From contig JBGSPE010000011.1 in NCBI GenBank assembly GCA_041738755.1, forward strand, positions 6,658-70,657: DNA of 64,000 nucleotides, written 5' to 3'. Shown here in pieces: positions 37,528 to 46,974 of this stretch. A program made the position numbers and the translations under genes. The DNA is from Minisyncoccia bacterium (GTDB lineage: Bacteria; Patescibacteriota; Minisyncoccia; Phycocordibacterales; UBA918). Position 1 is the stretch's first letter, and each line of letters starts with the position of its first letter. Below the pieces are notes generated by a model, which was given only the letters and a program-made list of their open reading frames with translations, searched no databases and was not told where the DNA came from.

Positions 37528-38878
37528 TCTCAGGCGCCCTGAGAAATTGATCCCGCAACGCTTTGGCTACAAAGATTTTTTTCTCATCCCCCAAGAGGGT
37601 ACTTGGTACTTCACCAGAAAAGGCCATACGTCTGACACTGCCTCCATGCTCTTTGGCTTTTTCTTTGAGCCAAGAGACCAGATACGCCAATGAACCCGTA
37701 TTTTGAGCCGCCCAGTTGGCACCAAGCGACCCACCACGTTCTGGCTTACTAGCATCAGCTAGCTTACCCGGCTTACTTCGGACAACCAGCTCAGTCACTA
37801 CAAAGTGAATTCCATGACCAGAAGCAACGGTCTTGGTACTACTTTGGAGACCGTACCCATGCTTACACTTGAATCGCCGTTCTGCTTTACTAAGCGGACG
37901 CTCCACTTCGGTGCGAAGCAGCCCATTTGCAACCACTCGTCGACGATTCATCTGCTGTTGTTCACCAAGGTGACGAAACAGAAACCGCCACGCAAGAGAA
38001 AGCTCTTCATGCTTTCCTGAACCTTTTGCTAACTTATCCTCAGCTACCAGTTGCCTGGTACGAACCGACAACGCTTCCAAGTGGGGCTTGAGCGAAATAT
38101 CTGAACGCCGAAATGGTATGACGACTTCACCATGCGGAGAAACCACCCCAATAGACGATGCTCCCAGTGCGACATACACTGCCGTATCAGGATCAAAGTC
38201 TTGAGTTATCGGCTGTTCAATTTCATACGCCAGCGATAAGGTAAGATGACCGGGTCGCTTAAGCCACGAATCACTGCGGGCAATAGTGAATTTCGCAAAC
38301 CGAAGAGCTGACTGGAGTTGTTCCATCTGGTAGTGGGCGACCTTAAAACAAAGTGTCCCACCAAAGGATCGCGGCGCCAATTGCACCATCCCACCCTTAA
38401 GGCGAAATGATGCTCCGAGAGCTCCCAGAATCACCTGAAAACGATCTTCAGAACATATCTTTGGCGATCGAGCATCAACATCACCCTTCTTCCGCAATTC
38501 GAAAAAGCTTTTGAAGGCTCCTTCGACCTGCCGAAACGTTTCGAGTACCCAATTAGTTGGTATTTTTGCTCGAAACAATCCAGCGCTCTCGTCCGCTGGA
38601 CGCTGTTCATCTTTGAACCGTGTATAGCAATCGAAGGCAGTGAGGAAACCCTTCACGTCCTTCTGTCTTTCATCATTGGACTTGGCTTCTTTGTACGCCG
38701 TGTACTGTTGGTACTGCCACTCCAGAGCGAGATTGTAATATTCTCGCAATCCATCGCTGATACGGTACAAAAGTGACTCTTGTTCTTTAGTAAGAGACAG
38801 TGGCCACTTCTGAGTGCGATGCATGATTGCCCGTTTTTGTTCGGCGGACTTCTGTTTAGCTGTTTGTGTTTGTGCCAT
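37511..38878 (-). CDS. TnpB/Cas12-like RuvC-fold protein (RuvC-I Asp replaced by Ala; Zn-finger/RuvC-III region absent)
   Basis: The N-terminus WPLSLTKEQESLLYRISDGLREYYNLALEW matches the TnpB/OrfB signature (RLyPT.eQ...L...fG..R.vyN). VYVALGASSIGVVSPHGEVV aligns to RuvC-I (vGiDlG...LS.G) but with A in place of D. VVTELVV is a RuvC-II Glu candidate, followed by W...LAYLVSWLKEKAKEHGG (w..l.YKa..G). No CxxC pairs are present. Strong SD AGGAGGTG upstream. Confidence 0.55.
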   Translation of the reverse strand: MAQTQTAKQKSAEQKRAIMHRTQKWPLSLTKEQESLLYRISDGLREYYNLALEWQYQQYTAYKEAKSNDERQKDVKGFLTAFDCYTRFKDEQRPADESAGLFRAKIPTNWVLETFRQVEGAFKSFFELRKKGDVDARSPKICSEDRFQVILGALGASFRLKGGMVQLAPRSFGGTLCFKVAHYQMEQLQSALRFAKFTIARSDSWLKRPGHLTLSLAYEIEQPITQDFDPDTAVYVALGASSIGVVSPHGEVVIPFRRSDISLKPHLEALSVRTRQLVAEDKLAKGSGKHEELSLAWRFLFRHLGEQQQMNRRRVVANGLLRTEVERPLSKAERRFKCKHGYGLQSSTKTVASGHGIHFVVTELVVRSKPGKLADASKPERGGSLGANWAAQNTGSLAYLVSWLKEKAKEHGGSVRRMAFSGEVPSTLLGDEKKIFVAKALRDQFLRAPESATLL

Positions 38879-38949
38879 TTGGCACCTCCTTTCTCAATGT
38901 CTATGTGCAAATTTCTAGTTAGACTTATATCACAAAAATATGTAATTGT

Positions 38950-40650
38950 CTACATCCGCTCTGGAGCCTTGATACCAAGCGTCCACAATCCATTTTTAAG
39001 TGTAGTGCCAACGAGCTTAGTGACAGCTGCCTTATATGGTGCGTACTTGTCATTACTATCAGCAATTTTCTCTACTGCATAGAAGCTATTGAACGCTCCA
39101 GCCAATTCTGTTAGATAGGTCGCCACTTTGTGTGGGGCACGTTCAGTCAACGCATTTTCAACTACACTTGGGAATCGTAATACGAGTTTTTCTACCTCGT
39201 ACGCGGTAGAAGGTATCGTGGTGAGATCTGGATATACCAAAGCGGCTGCAGCTTTTTCAAGTACTGAATTAATTCTTGCATACGTATACTGTAAGTACGG
39301 ACCTGAATCACCTTCAAATGAGAGGGCTTGGTCCTTATCAAAAATACTATCTTGCAAAATACTACCGCGAAGCGTCGAATACTTAATTGCAGCAATCGCC
39401 ACCGCTTCAGCCACTTCGTTGTCAACTACGGTTCCACTTTCTTTCATTTTTTCTTCAGCTGCTTGTTTCACTTCAGTGATAAAATCAATCGCCGAAATCA
39501 CATCTCCGGTGCGAGAGGACATTTTTCCGGTCGTTAACCGAACCATGCCGTGTCCAATATGTTCTGTTTTTGGAGCCAAGTCGGGGTACACTTCTTTCAT
39601 CGCACATAAAAGCACCTTGAAATATTCATTGATTTCATTGGCGGTTGAAATGATGGAGAGATCATATCCGCCAAACCGCTCAGCTTTTAGTTTTGCAAGA
39701 GCTAGTTCTTTGGCTTCGTAGGTAGGAAGTACTTCTTTATTTAGAAATACACGGGTATGAAGTCCGCGGGCTTCCCCATCAAAAATTCGAGCACCATCGC
39801 TTTCTGGAAAAATGTCTGGGTTATCAAGAACTAATGCTTTTCCATGTGGGCCTGCTTCACTTTCAAAAAAGTACTCATCAAACTGCGTATCAACCATTGC
39901 GTAGATGGTTTCAAAATATTGTAACGAGACGGTACGCCCTAAGTCATACAATTCATTAATAATTTCGTCTTCTCGGCTATAGACTTTTTTGTTGATTTCA
40001 CGAATAGCGAGAGCTGCTGACTCATCTGCTTTGTAGGTAGTGGCACCAAGCGCGTACGCTTGACCCAATGTTTTTGGAGTGATGGTATCGGAAGTGAGAC
40101 CAAGCTGTTGTATTCCCCACAGCGCGTGAGCTACGTGCAAGCCAACATCACCTTGGTAATTAACCCTGAAGGTTTCAGCCCCATTCATCATAAACAAGCG
40201 GGCAATACTCTCTCCTACCGCATTGGTAAATAGGTGTCCAATGTGAAATTCTTTAAACGGATTCGGATCAGTGTATTCAACCAAAACTTTTTTACCACTC
40301 CATGATTCATTGCTCCCGAATCGGGGGTGGGTCAATGACTCTTGTAATTGTTCTGTATGATACTCACGATTCAGAGTAAAATTAATGAACCCTGGACCAG
40401 CGACGATAACGCTTGCTAGTTGCGGTAACTGTTTTGCTTTCAGTAACTCTACAATTTCTTCAGCGACTACTTTTGGTGCCAGACCTCGCTTGCCGGCAAG
40501 AACCATCGCTACGTTTGTAAAATAGTCCGCTTCGGTATTTTTATCAGTCGGATAATCGACCACAAACGAAACTCCCTCGTGTCCTTGGGCAGCTAGAATT
40601 TCTTTTAACGCGAACGTTAGTGTCTCTTTCATTGCTCGTACAATACCCAA
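38950..40650 (-). CDS. argS: arginyl-tRNA synthetase
   Basis: HIGH motif FHIGHLFT, DALR anticodon-binding C-terminus, KMSKS-variant GKMSSRTG. 566 aa. Confidence 0.9.
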   Translation of the reverse strand: MGIVRAMKETLTFALKEILAAQGHEGVSFVVDYPTDKNTEADYFTNVAMVLAGKRGLAPKVVAEEIVELLKAKQLPQLASVIVAGPGFINFTLNREYHTEQLQESLTHPRFGSNESWSGKKVLVEYTDPNPFKEFHIGHLFTNAVGESIARLFMMNGAETFRVNYQGDVGLHVAHALWGIQQLGLTSDTITPKTLGQAYALGATTYKADESAALAIREINKKVYSREDEIINELYDLGRTVSLQYFETIYAMVDTQFDEYFFESEAGPHGKALVLDNPDIFPESDGARIFDGEARGLHTRVFLNKEVLPTYEAKELALAKLKAERFGGYDLSIISTANEINEYFKVLLCAMKEVYPDLAPKTEHIGHGMVRLTTGKMSSRTGDVISAIDFITEVKQAAEEKMKESGTVVDNEVAEAVAIAAIKYSTLRGSILQDSIFDKDQALSFEGDSGPYLQYTYARINSVLEKAAAALVYPDLTTIPSTAYEVEKLVLRFPSVVENALTERAPHKVATYLTELAGAFNSFYAVEKIADSNDKYAPYKAAVTKLVGTTLKNGLWTLGIKAPERM

Positions 40651-41820
40651 TTACTCCACTCTTGTCACGAGATTGGCTGGGCGACCATCTTTGATAATGA
40701 AGGTGCGTTGACCAAGCACCTGTCCGCGCCTCGTTTCTACACTACATCGCCAAGTACCGGGGAAATAACTTTCAATAAAGGTAAAGCCACCGTAGCCATT
40801 GCGATTGGCACCAGAAATTTGATAGCCAATCAGAGCATGTGGTTGCCAGTCACCGTTTGCGTCTTGCTTCTCCCAACGATGGAAAATCTCGGTTTGTAGT
40901 CGAACCGGAGCAAACACCCGAGCAAAGCAAGCCACCTGTCCTTGGGTCGGATTAATCATTGATGTCATATACGGTAACTGCCTCCATGACTCCTGTGTTT
41001 CTACTACGATACGATAGCTATTTTCGAGACGAACAACTGAGTGGGCAATTTCTAGTTGGGTCAGCGATAGAGGAATAGGTGGAATAATGCCAAGAAAATA
41101 AAACGTGTTGAGGGTGATGTAGATGGTGCCAAGACTGAGGATAATTCGCCGTATATTTGCTCGCATAAAATTCGGAACAATCCGGTGCAAGAGCTGGATA
41201 ACAATCGTCACAAAAATAAGTGCCACGAGACCACTCAAGACAAACATGAGGTCGCCCATACTGCCCAGCAGAACAGGTAGTAGTAGGACCAAGTATGAAA
41301 ATACCCCAATGAAATACACGATTACGTGATACAGCAGTCGGTCAGATCGTTTTTGTATAAACTCATTTGCTAAAATAACTGCAATGATAAGGAGCAAAAA
41401 TGGTGAGCTCGAAAACCAGTCACCACTCCGACCATAAAAAATGAGCATTCCCGAAAGGAGACCACCAAATGAATATTGCATCACACTCGGCATGAACCGA
41501 ATAAAAAATCGATTCATGAACCCGGGCGTTTTTTGGGCAACACCGACGTAAAACAAGAGGAGTGAGAAGGTGGCCAAGAGCGCGTAGGCAAGGAGAATGA
41601 GATTATCAAAGAGGTCATCGACCCGATTGAGCAAAATAACGTCAGTCGCAAACCCTAAAAAGAACCACATAGTTAACCACCGTCGTTTGATAGCGGACCA
41701 CAACTTTTTAAACCCTGATGGTTCTTGCATGCTGTAATCATAACAGACAAACAAAAAGCCGCCGCAATTTCCCAGAGGGAAATTGCGGCGGCAGATAACG
41801 GTATCGGTACCCTTATCCAA
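40651..41820 (-). CDS. hypothetical polytopic membrane protein with a C-terminal soluble domain
   Basis: 389 aa with eight or more TM helices and a C-terminal domain of about 110 aa. Confidence 0.4.
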   Translation of the reverse strand: MDKGTDTVICRRNFPLGNCGGFLFVCYDYSMQEPSGFKKLWSAIKRRWLTMWFFLGFATDVILLNRVDDLFDNLILLAYALLATFSLLLFYVGVAQKTPGFMNRFFIRFMPSVMQYSFGGLLSGMLIFYGRSGDWFSSSPFLLLIIAVILANEFIQKRSDRLLYHVIVYFIGVFSYLVLLLPVLLGSMGDLMFVLSGLVALIFVTIVIQLLHRIVPNFMRANIRRIILSLGTIYITLNTFYFLGIIPPIPLSLTQLEIAHSVVRLENSYRIVVETQESWRQLPYMTSMINPTQGQVACFARVFAPVRLQTEIFHRWEKQDANGDWQPHALIGYQISGANRNGYGGFTFIESYFPGTWRCSVETRRGQVLGQRTFIIKDGRPANLVTRVE

Positions 41821-42622
41821 ACATCTGATAGGTCTCTTTTGCCTTATGAACTCGAAAGCCTGGTGTTTCGGCTTGGATAAACTGCACCATAGCGAGCCGT
41901 GGCTTACCTGGTACCGTCGTGGAGCAATGCCATACTGGATGAAATTTGCGCCGACTGAGGAGCCATAGTTTCACTCCCCGAAACATAGCCACATGACCTT
42001 CCGGAATATTGACTGCTTGGTGCTGTTTTCCTTTCTCATGTTTGCATGTCATGAGCTGACCACCCTCATCACCAAAGTGCACACTAAAGAGGCTGCGGTC
42101 AATATGCGTCCGTGCACCAGTCTGACCTTCGACCGGTGGATAATAGAGACCTCGTAATGTAGTCGTCTCATAGGGTTGCTCTGGCTTAGCAGCCTGACGA
42201 ACCACTTCCTCAAGACTTCTGGTAAAATGTCGCCCATGTCCTTCATCAATAACCCGGGCTATGTTTACTGCTAAGGTATTCACCTCATCGTATAGTCGTC
42301 GCAAGACGTGCATGTGTGGCTTAACCAAGTCAGCCAGTTCGGGAGATTTCTGAATCAGGTGAAGTCCTAAATCAGACGCAAAGTGGAAGAAGACTTTGAA
42401 ATCCGCTCCCTGCTTACCATCTCGAGATATCAGACCCAAATCCGCTTCTATTTCTCCATGACGGGTAAACTTTGCCACCCCAAACTCACGAAACATCTCC
42501 ATGAGTGTGCGGTAGGCATTTTTTGCTTCAGCAATCAGCCCTGCGTCGAATGGTATATACGTGACGGGGTGATGGAGTAATTCACTAGCTTTGTGGCGCA
42601 TGTCATATGGCGCTGAATTCAT
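41813..42622 (-). CDS. putative Fe(II)/2-oxoglutarate-dependent oxygenase-like protein
   Basis: 269 aa with an HxD...H arrangement (ARTHIDRS ... WHCST). The family call is tentative. Confidence 0.3.
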   Translation of the reverse strand: MNSAPYDMRHKASELLHHPVTYIPFDAGLIAEAKNAYRTLMEMFREFGVAKFTRHGEIEADLGLISRDGKQGADFKVFFHFASDLGLHLIQKSPELADLVKPHMHVLRRLYDEVNTLAVNIARVIDEGHGRHFTRSLEEVVRQAAKPEQPYETTTLRGLYYPPVEGQTGARTHIDRSLFSVHFGDEGGQLMTCKHEKGKQHQAVNIPEGHVAMFRGVKLWLLSRRKFHPVWHCSTTVPGKPRLAMVQFIQAETPGFRVHKAKETYQMFG

Positions 42623-42745
42623 AATCCCCTCCTCTCAAGGTTCATTCCTATCCAGTGAGCAGTATACGAACATCCTTTGAGAAAGTCTAATATAAAAAAT
42701 ACCGGCCAGAAACCTGTGGTTTCTGGCCGGTATTTACTTCTTCTA

Positions 42746-44014
42746 CTACACAAATCGTTCCGGAACGGGAAACGCTTCGCAGAGTGTCTGTACTTCCTTT
42801 TGAATTTTCGCCTTTGCTTCAATATCATCCTTGGCTCGCATGGTCGCTATCATGAGTTCAGCGAGCTTTGTTGCCTCAGCTTCCTTCATACCTCTTGTTG
42901 TCATGGCTGGGGTACCAAAGCGAATACCTGATGGGTCCATCGCTGTGCGTGGCTCATCAGCAATCATATTTTTATTAAGCGTAATCCCAACTTCATCGAG
43001 CACAGCTTCAGCTTCCTTCCCTGTGATACCGAGAGAGCCAAATACGTCAGCCAAGAGCAGGTGATTATCTGTCCCACCGCAGAGGAGTCTAATGTTTTCT
43101 TTTTTAAAGACCACTTCCATGGCCTTAGCGTTTTTCAAAATTTGCGCGGCATAGTCCTTGAAGTTTGGGTGGAGCGCTTCTTGGAATGCGACAGCCTTGG
43201 CCGCAATCACATTCATGTGAGGGCCGCCTTGCATGCCAGGGAACACAGCTTTATCAATTCGCTTAGCGAGCTCGGCGTCTTCTCGCACCACAATCATGCC
43301 ACCTCGTGGACCACGCAGTGACTTGTGCGTAGTCATCGTCATCACATCAAACCCAAAATCAAACGGATTCTTAAGTACGCCACCAGCAATCAATCCTGTA
43401 ATGTGCGCAATGTCAGCCACTGTGTACGCACCTACCTCCTTTGCGATTTCTACAAACTTGGCGTAGTCGAGTTCTCGACTATAGGCTGAGAAACCAGCGA
43501 GAATAATCTTTGGTTTATGCTCAAGAGCCATCTGACGTAAATGATCGTAATCAATCTCCCCCGTATCAACGTCCTTCATTTTATAGCGAACAAAGTTGAA
43601 GACTTTGTTAATGGCAGTCGTAGGATGACCATGGGTGAGGTGTCCGCCATGTGAGAGATCCATTCCTAAGACGGTATCGCCTGGCTCCATAAGTGCGAAA
43701 TACATGGCGACATTTGCCGCCGCTCCACCAAGCGGTTGGACATTAGCATACTTAGCTTTGAACAATTCTTTAGCTCGCTCAATGGCAAGTGTTTCAATCA
43801 CATCCGTGAACTGTTGACCGCCGTAGTAGCGCTTGCCTGGGTAGCCTTCTGAGTATTTGTTGGTAAAGACAGAACCATTAGCTTCGCGCACGGCTTTACT
43901 GGCGTAGTTTTCACTGGGGATGAGTTCAATCCCTCTTCGTTCCCGCTCCTCTTCCCCGATAAGAGCGTTGTAGATAGCTTCGTCTTGGTCTTTGATGTAA
44001 GTATATTCGTTCAT
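42746..44014 (-). CDS. glyA: serine hydroxymethyltransferase
   Basis: The PLP-lysine region TTTHKSLRGPRGG and the SENY/KYSEGYPGKRYYGG motifs. Confidence 0.95.
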   Translation of the reverse strand: MNEYTYIKDQDEAIYNALIGEEERERRGIELIPSENYASKAVREANGSVFTNKYSEGYPGKRYYGGQQFTDVIETLAIERAKELFKAKYANVQPLGGAAANVAMYFALMEPGDTVLGMDLSHGGHLTHGHPTTAINKVFNFVRYKMKDVDTGEIDYDHLRQMALEHKPKIILAGFSAYSRELDYAKFVEIAKEVGAYTVADIAHITGLIAGGVLKNPFDFGFDVMTMTTHKSLRGPRGGMIVVREDAELAKRIDKAVFPGMQGGPHMNVIAAKAVAFQEALHPNFKDYAAQILKNAKAMEVVFKKENIRLLCGGTDNHLLLADVFGSLGITGKEAEAVLDEVGITLNKNMIADEPRTAMDPSGIRFGTPAMTTRGMKEAEATKLAELMIATMRAKDDIEAKAKIQKEVQTLCEAFPVPERFV

Positions 44015-44145
44015 AGATAAAAAGTTAGTGTAGGTAAAATCAGAGATGAACGAAGCGCTTAGATCATGATAGATAATAGTTAGTGATATAAGTATATCAT
44101 AAAAAAGGAAAGACCGGTCGCAGGCGACCGGTCTTTTACCTTACG

Positions 44146-44541
44146 TTAACTGATTAGAATTTCAGCCATCATAAGTAATTGGTACATACCGAAAGCGTAC
44201 CAGACTTTGTGTTTATCTTTGATTGATTTTGCAAATGACCCAAGAACGCTACCAAAAATTGCACCATACGTGGTAACAATTAATACAAGAGAGACAAGTG
44301 GTAACCATCGAATATTCTCAATGATGAGAAATCCGGCGACGGAACCAGAGAACGCTGAGATGAGAGAAAGTCCAACAAGGCTACAAAGAAGACAGAAGGG
44401 AGTAATTATCCCAATAAGCATACTGGGCAGCCAGTGAATGTGAAATATGTTGTACTTGTATGCAACCAACCAGTACCAAAACATCAGCAGCACCATGACT
44501 CCCACAGCAGAAACAGACGCATTCTGAATAATAAATTGCAT
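44146..44541 (-). CDS. small hypothetical membrane protein
   Basis: 131 aa with four TM helices, flanked by terminators at 44108-44140 and 44588-44630. Confidence 0.35.
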   Translation of the reverse strand: MQFIIQNASVSAVGVMVLLMFWYWLVAYKYNIFHIHWLPSMLIGIITPFCLLCSLVGLSLISAFSGSVAGFLIIENIRWLPLVSLVLIVTTYGAIFGSVLGSFAKSIKDKHKVWYAFGMYQLLMMAEILIS

Positions 44542-44645
44542 TATTGCCCCCTATAACAAACTCATGAAAATATAAAGTAATTCTAAAAAAAGTAAAGAGC
44601 GGCGCCTTTGGCCCGCTCTTTACTACGCTTGTAACTGCACAGCTG

Positions 44646-45626
44646 TTAAGAATTGGTCGGTCGATTGGCGTGGATGTCAGCATGAAAGCCCCCTACCACA
44701 GCCATCTCAGCTTTAATTGGTGGATGAGCTTCATAGTCATGAAGTGTGATGTGTTCTGGGCGGAACGATTCAAGTGACGTCACTTCATCACTAATAGTTA
44801 CCTTTGGAAACACAAATGGCGCTCTAGAAATTTGTTCTTTCGCTTGCTCAATGTGATTTTCATAAATGTGCACATCACCAAAGGTATGGACAAACTCTCC
44901 TGGTTCATAGCCCGTAATCTTGGCTAAAATCATCGTAAGGAGGGCGTAGCTTGCGATATTGAACGGCACGCCAAGGAAAATATCAGCTGAGCGTTGGTAG
45001 AGCTGGAGACAGAGCTTTCCTTGATTGATATTTACCTGGAACATATTGTGACAAATCGGAAACCGAGCCGCTTGTCCCGGGAGCGCCATCGCATAAAGGT
45101 ATTCTGGGTTCCAACTTGAAACAATTGCATTATGACAATTTGGGTCAGCTTTGATTTCGTCCACCACCCACTGCAACTGGTCTACCCCGCCACCATTTTT
45201 TCGTGGCCACTTGCGCCACATTTCTCCATAGATATGTGGGAGTTCACCATGGGTAGCGGCATAGTCATCATCGGTTTTGATTTTTTCGATAAACTCGTCT
45301 TTCGTGAGTTCTGGCCAGCCATTAGCTTCTCGTTTATCATTATAAATTCGCAGCGGGTAGTCGTTCCAGATATTGACGTTGTTATCAACCAAGTACTTGA
45401 TGTTGGTTTGCCCAGAGAGAAACCAATAGAGTTCGTGAAGCACACCTTTCCAGTACACCTTTTTCGTCGTCAAAAGTGGCAGCCCCTCCGAAAGGTCATA
45501 GCGCATTTGCTTACCAAAGAGGCTATGGGTCACATCTTTTGACTGGGCATCAACTTGCTTACTTCCCTTGTCTAAAATTTCTTGTACCAAATCAAGGTAT
45601 TGATACTCTGGATGTCTTTTTTCCAT
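44646..45626 (-). CDS. thyA: thymidylate synthase
   Basis: IVSSWNPEYL..ALPGQAARFPICHNMFQVNI...LYQRSADIFLGVPFNIASYALL (active-site Cys and conserved ThyA blocks). Confidence 0.9.
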   Translation of the reverse strand: MEKRHPEYQYLDLVQEILDKGSKQVDAQSKDVTHSLFGKQMRYDLSEGLPLLTTKKVYWKGVLHELYWFLSGQTNIKYLVDNNVNIWNDYPLRIYNDKREANGWPELTKDEFIEKIKTDDDYAATHGELPHIYGEMWRKWPRKNGGGVDQLQWVVDEIKADPNCHNAIVSSWNPEYLYAMALPGQAARFPICHNMFQVNINQGKLCLQLYQRSADIFLGVPFNIASYALLTMILAKITGYEPGEFVHTFGDVHIYENHIEQAKEQISRAPFVFPKVTISDEVTSLESFRPEHITLHDYEAHPPIKAEMAVVGGFHADIHANRPTNS

Positions 45627-45628
45627 GA

Positions 45629-46234
45629 TTATATTTTCTTTTTAGTACTAGTAATTTTTCGAACTGGCTTACCGGTTGGTTCAGCACCTTTCGGTGGGAC
45701 GTACCCAAGGAAGTTATTTTTGTGGTAACGACCGGTTTCTTGGTAGCTTTTTTTGGTGTGTGAGGAAAGTGTTGCAAACGAGAGCTGCGCGATTTCCATC
45801 CCGGGCCGCAACACAATCGGAACATTATTGAGATTACAGAGCTCCAGCGCGATATGGAGATAATGGCCTGGGTTTACAATACTAGCTGAATTGTGAACGA
45901 TGAGTCCGATACGGGCGAGGCTCGACTTTCCATTCACTTCAATTAAATACATATCTGAACCAAACTTTTCTTTTGAGTAGCCCAAGATACTGACGCCTGG
46001 ATGGAGAACAAACTCATCGCCATCTTTTATTTCGATTGTTCGCGTTGTAGGGAAAATTCCCTTCCCTGGGTCGATTGCTTTCGTGGAGTGAGCGTCATTA
46101 ATGATAAAGGTATTGCCTAACCGAATATCATAGGTGGCTGGCTGCAACCGCTTTGGATCGTACGGTTCAAGCGTAATCTCCCCTGCTTTCACCGCCGCAT
46201 GAATATCTTTGTCTGAGAGAAACATATTATTCAA
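45629..46234 (-). CDS. dcd: dCTP deaminase / dUTPase-superfamily protein
   Basis: Trimeric dUTPase-fold motifs (RLGNTF, SSLARIGLIVHNSASIVNPGH). About 200 aa. Confidence 0.7.
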   Translation of the reverse strand: MNNMFLSDKDIHAAVKAGEITLEPYDPKRLQPATYDIRLGNTFIINDAHSTKAIDPGKGIFPTTRTIEIKDGDEFVLHPGVSILGYSKEKFGSDMYLIEVNGKSSLARIGLIVHNSASIVNPGHYLHIALELCNLNNVPIVLRPGMEIAQLSFATLSSHTKKSYQETGRYHKNNFLGYVPPKGAEPTGKPVRKITSTKKKI

Positions 46235-46901
46235 CTAAAAATACTTTGTCTGTTCCGTAATACTCAGGCCAGTTTTGATTGTAGTGATCGAACATCCGAG
46301 CTAGCCTAGCTTGGTCTAACTCAACCACTCCCAGTTCTTGCATGAGCTCGTCCAATTCTTGACGGACCGTATGAGCATCAGCTTCATTGTGAATAATTTT
46401 TTCAAACTCAGCGAGATACCCGTACCCTGCATTTTTATCGAGCGACACACTTGCTCCTTTGTATGAATACTCTTCTCGTTCGCGGGACCATTTAGCCTGG
46501 TACGTAAAACCAGCACCAAGGAGTAGTTCATCAAGTTCATCAAGGGTAACCGGTACAGCCTCTTCAAATTCCATTCGCTTCACGGTATTGGCACTGGTAC
46601 CTTCATCAATCGAAGCTTTGACTACAAGTAGCACCTCGTCATTGCGCTGTCGGCTGCGAATCGAAAACTCCGTACCGCGTTCAATCACGACCTGTAATTT
46701 AGCTTGCTGCTCTTCGTTCAACAGTTGTGCAACTGCTTCGTACAAAGCAGTCATCTCACCTCCTTCAAAGTAGTGATTCAACTGAACATTTGTTCCCAAA
46801 CACACACACTCCGGATCAAGTTCACACATCTTTACCTTTAATTGTTCTGCAGCATCAGCCTCTCCCAGGAGACTTTTAATTTCAATTTCAAAATGTGACA
46901 T
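46227..46901 (-). CDS. CYTH-domain protein (triphosphate tunnel metalloenzyme / CyaB-like)
   Basis: The internal start MSHFEIEIKSLLG matches the CYTH EIE.K signature. The start was chosen to avoid overlap with the folA start. Confidence 0.45.
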   Translation of the reverse strand: MSHFEIEIKSLLGEADAAEQLKVKMCELDPECVCLGTNVQLNHYFEGGEMTALYEAVAQLLNEEQQAKLQVVIERGTEFSIRSRQRNDEVLLVVKASIDEGTSANTVKRMEFEEAVPVTLDELDELLLGAGFTYQAKWSREREEYSYKGASVSLDKNAGYGYLAEFEKIIHNEADAHTVRQELDELMQELGVVELDQARLARMFDHYNQNWPEYYGTDKVFLVE

Positions 46902-46974
46902 TACCTCTAGTATACCGTTTTGTATAAGAAGGCCAAAAAGACAAGTATCTCTGCATATGTCATAATCAAGACTT

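Noticed and set aside
37567-37755. 62-aa ORF nested inside the TnpB-like gene in another frame
   Set aside because: It is short with no motifs. The host frame has clear TnpB-family similarity and a strong SD.
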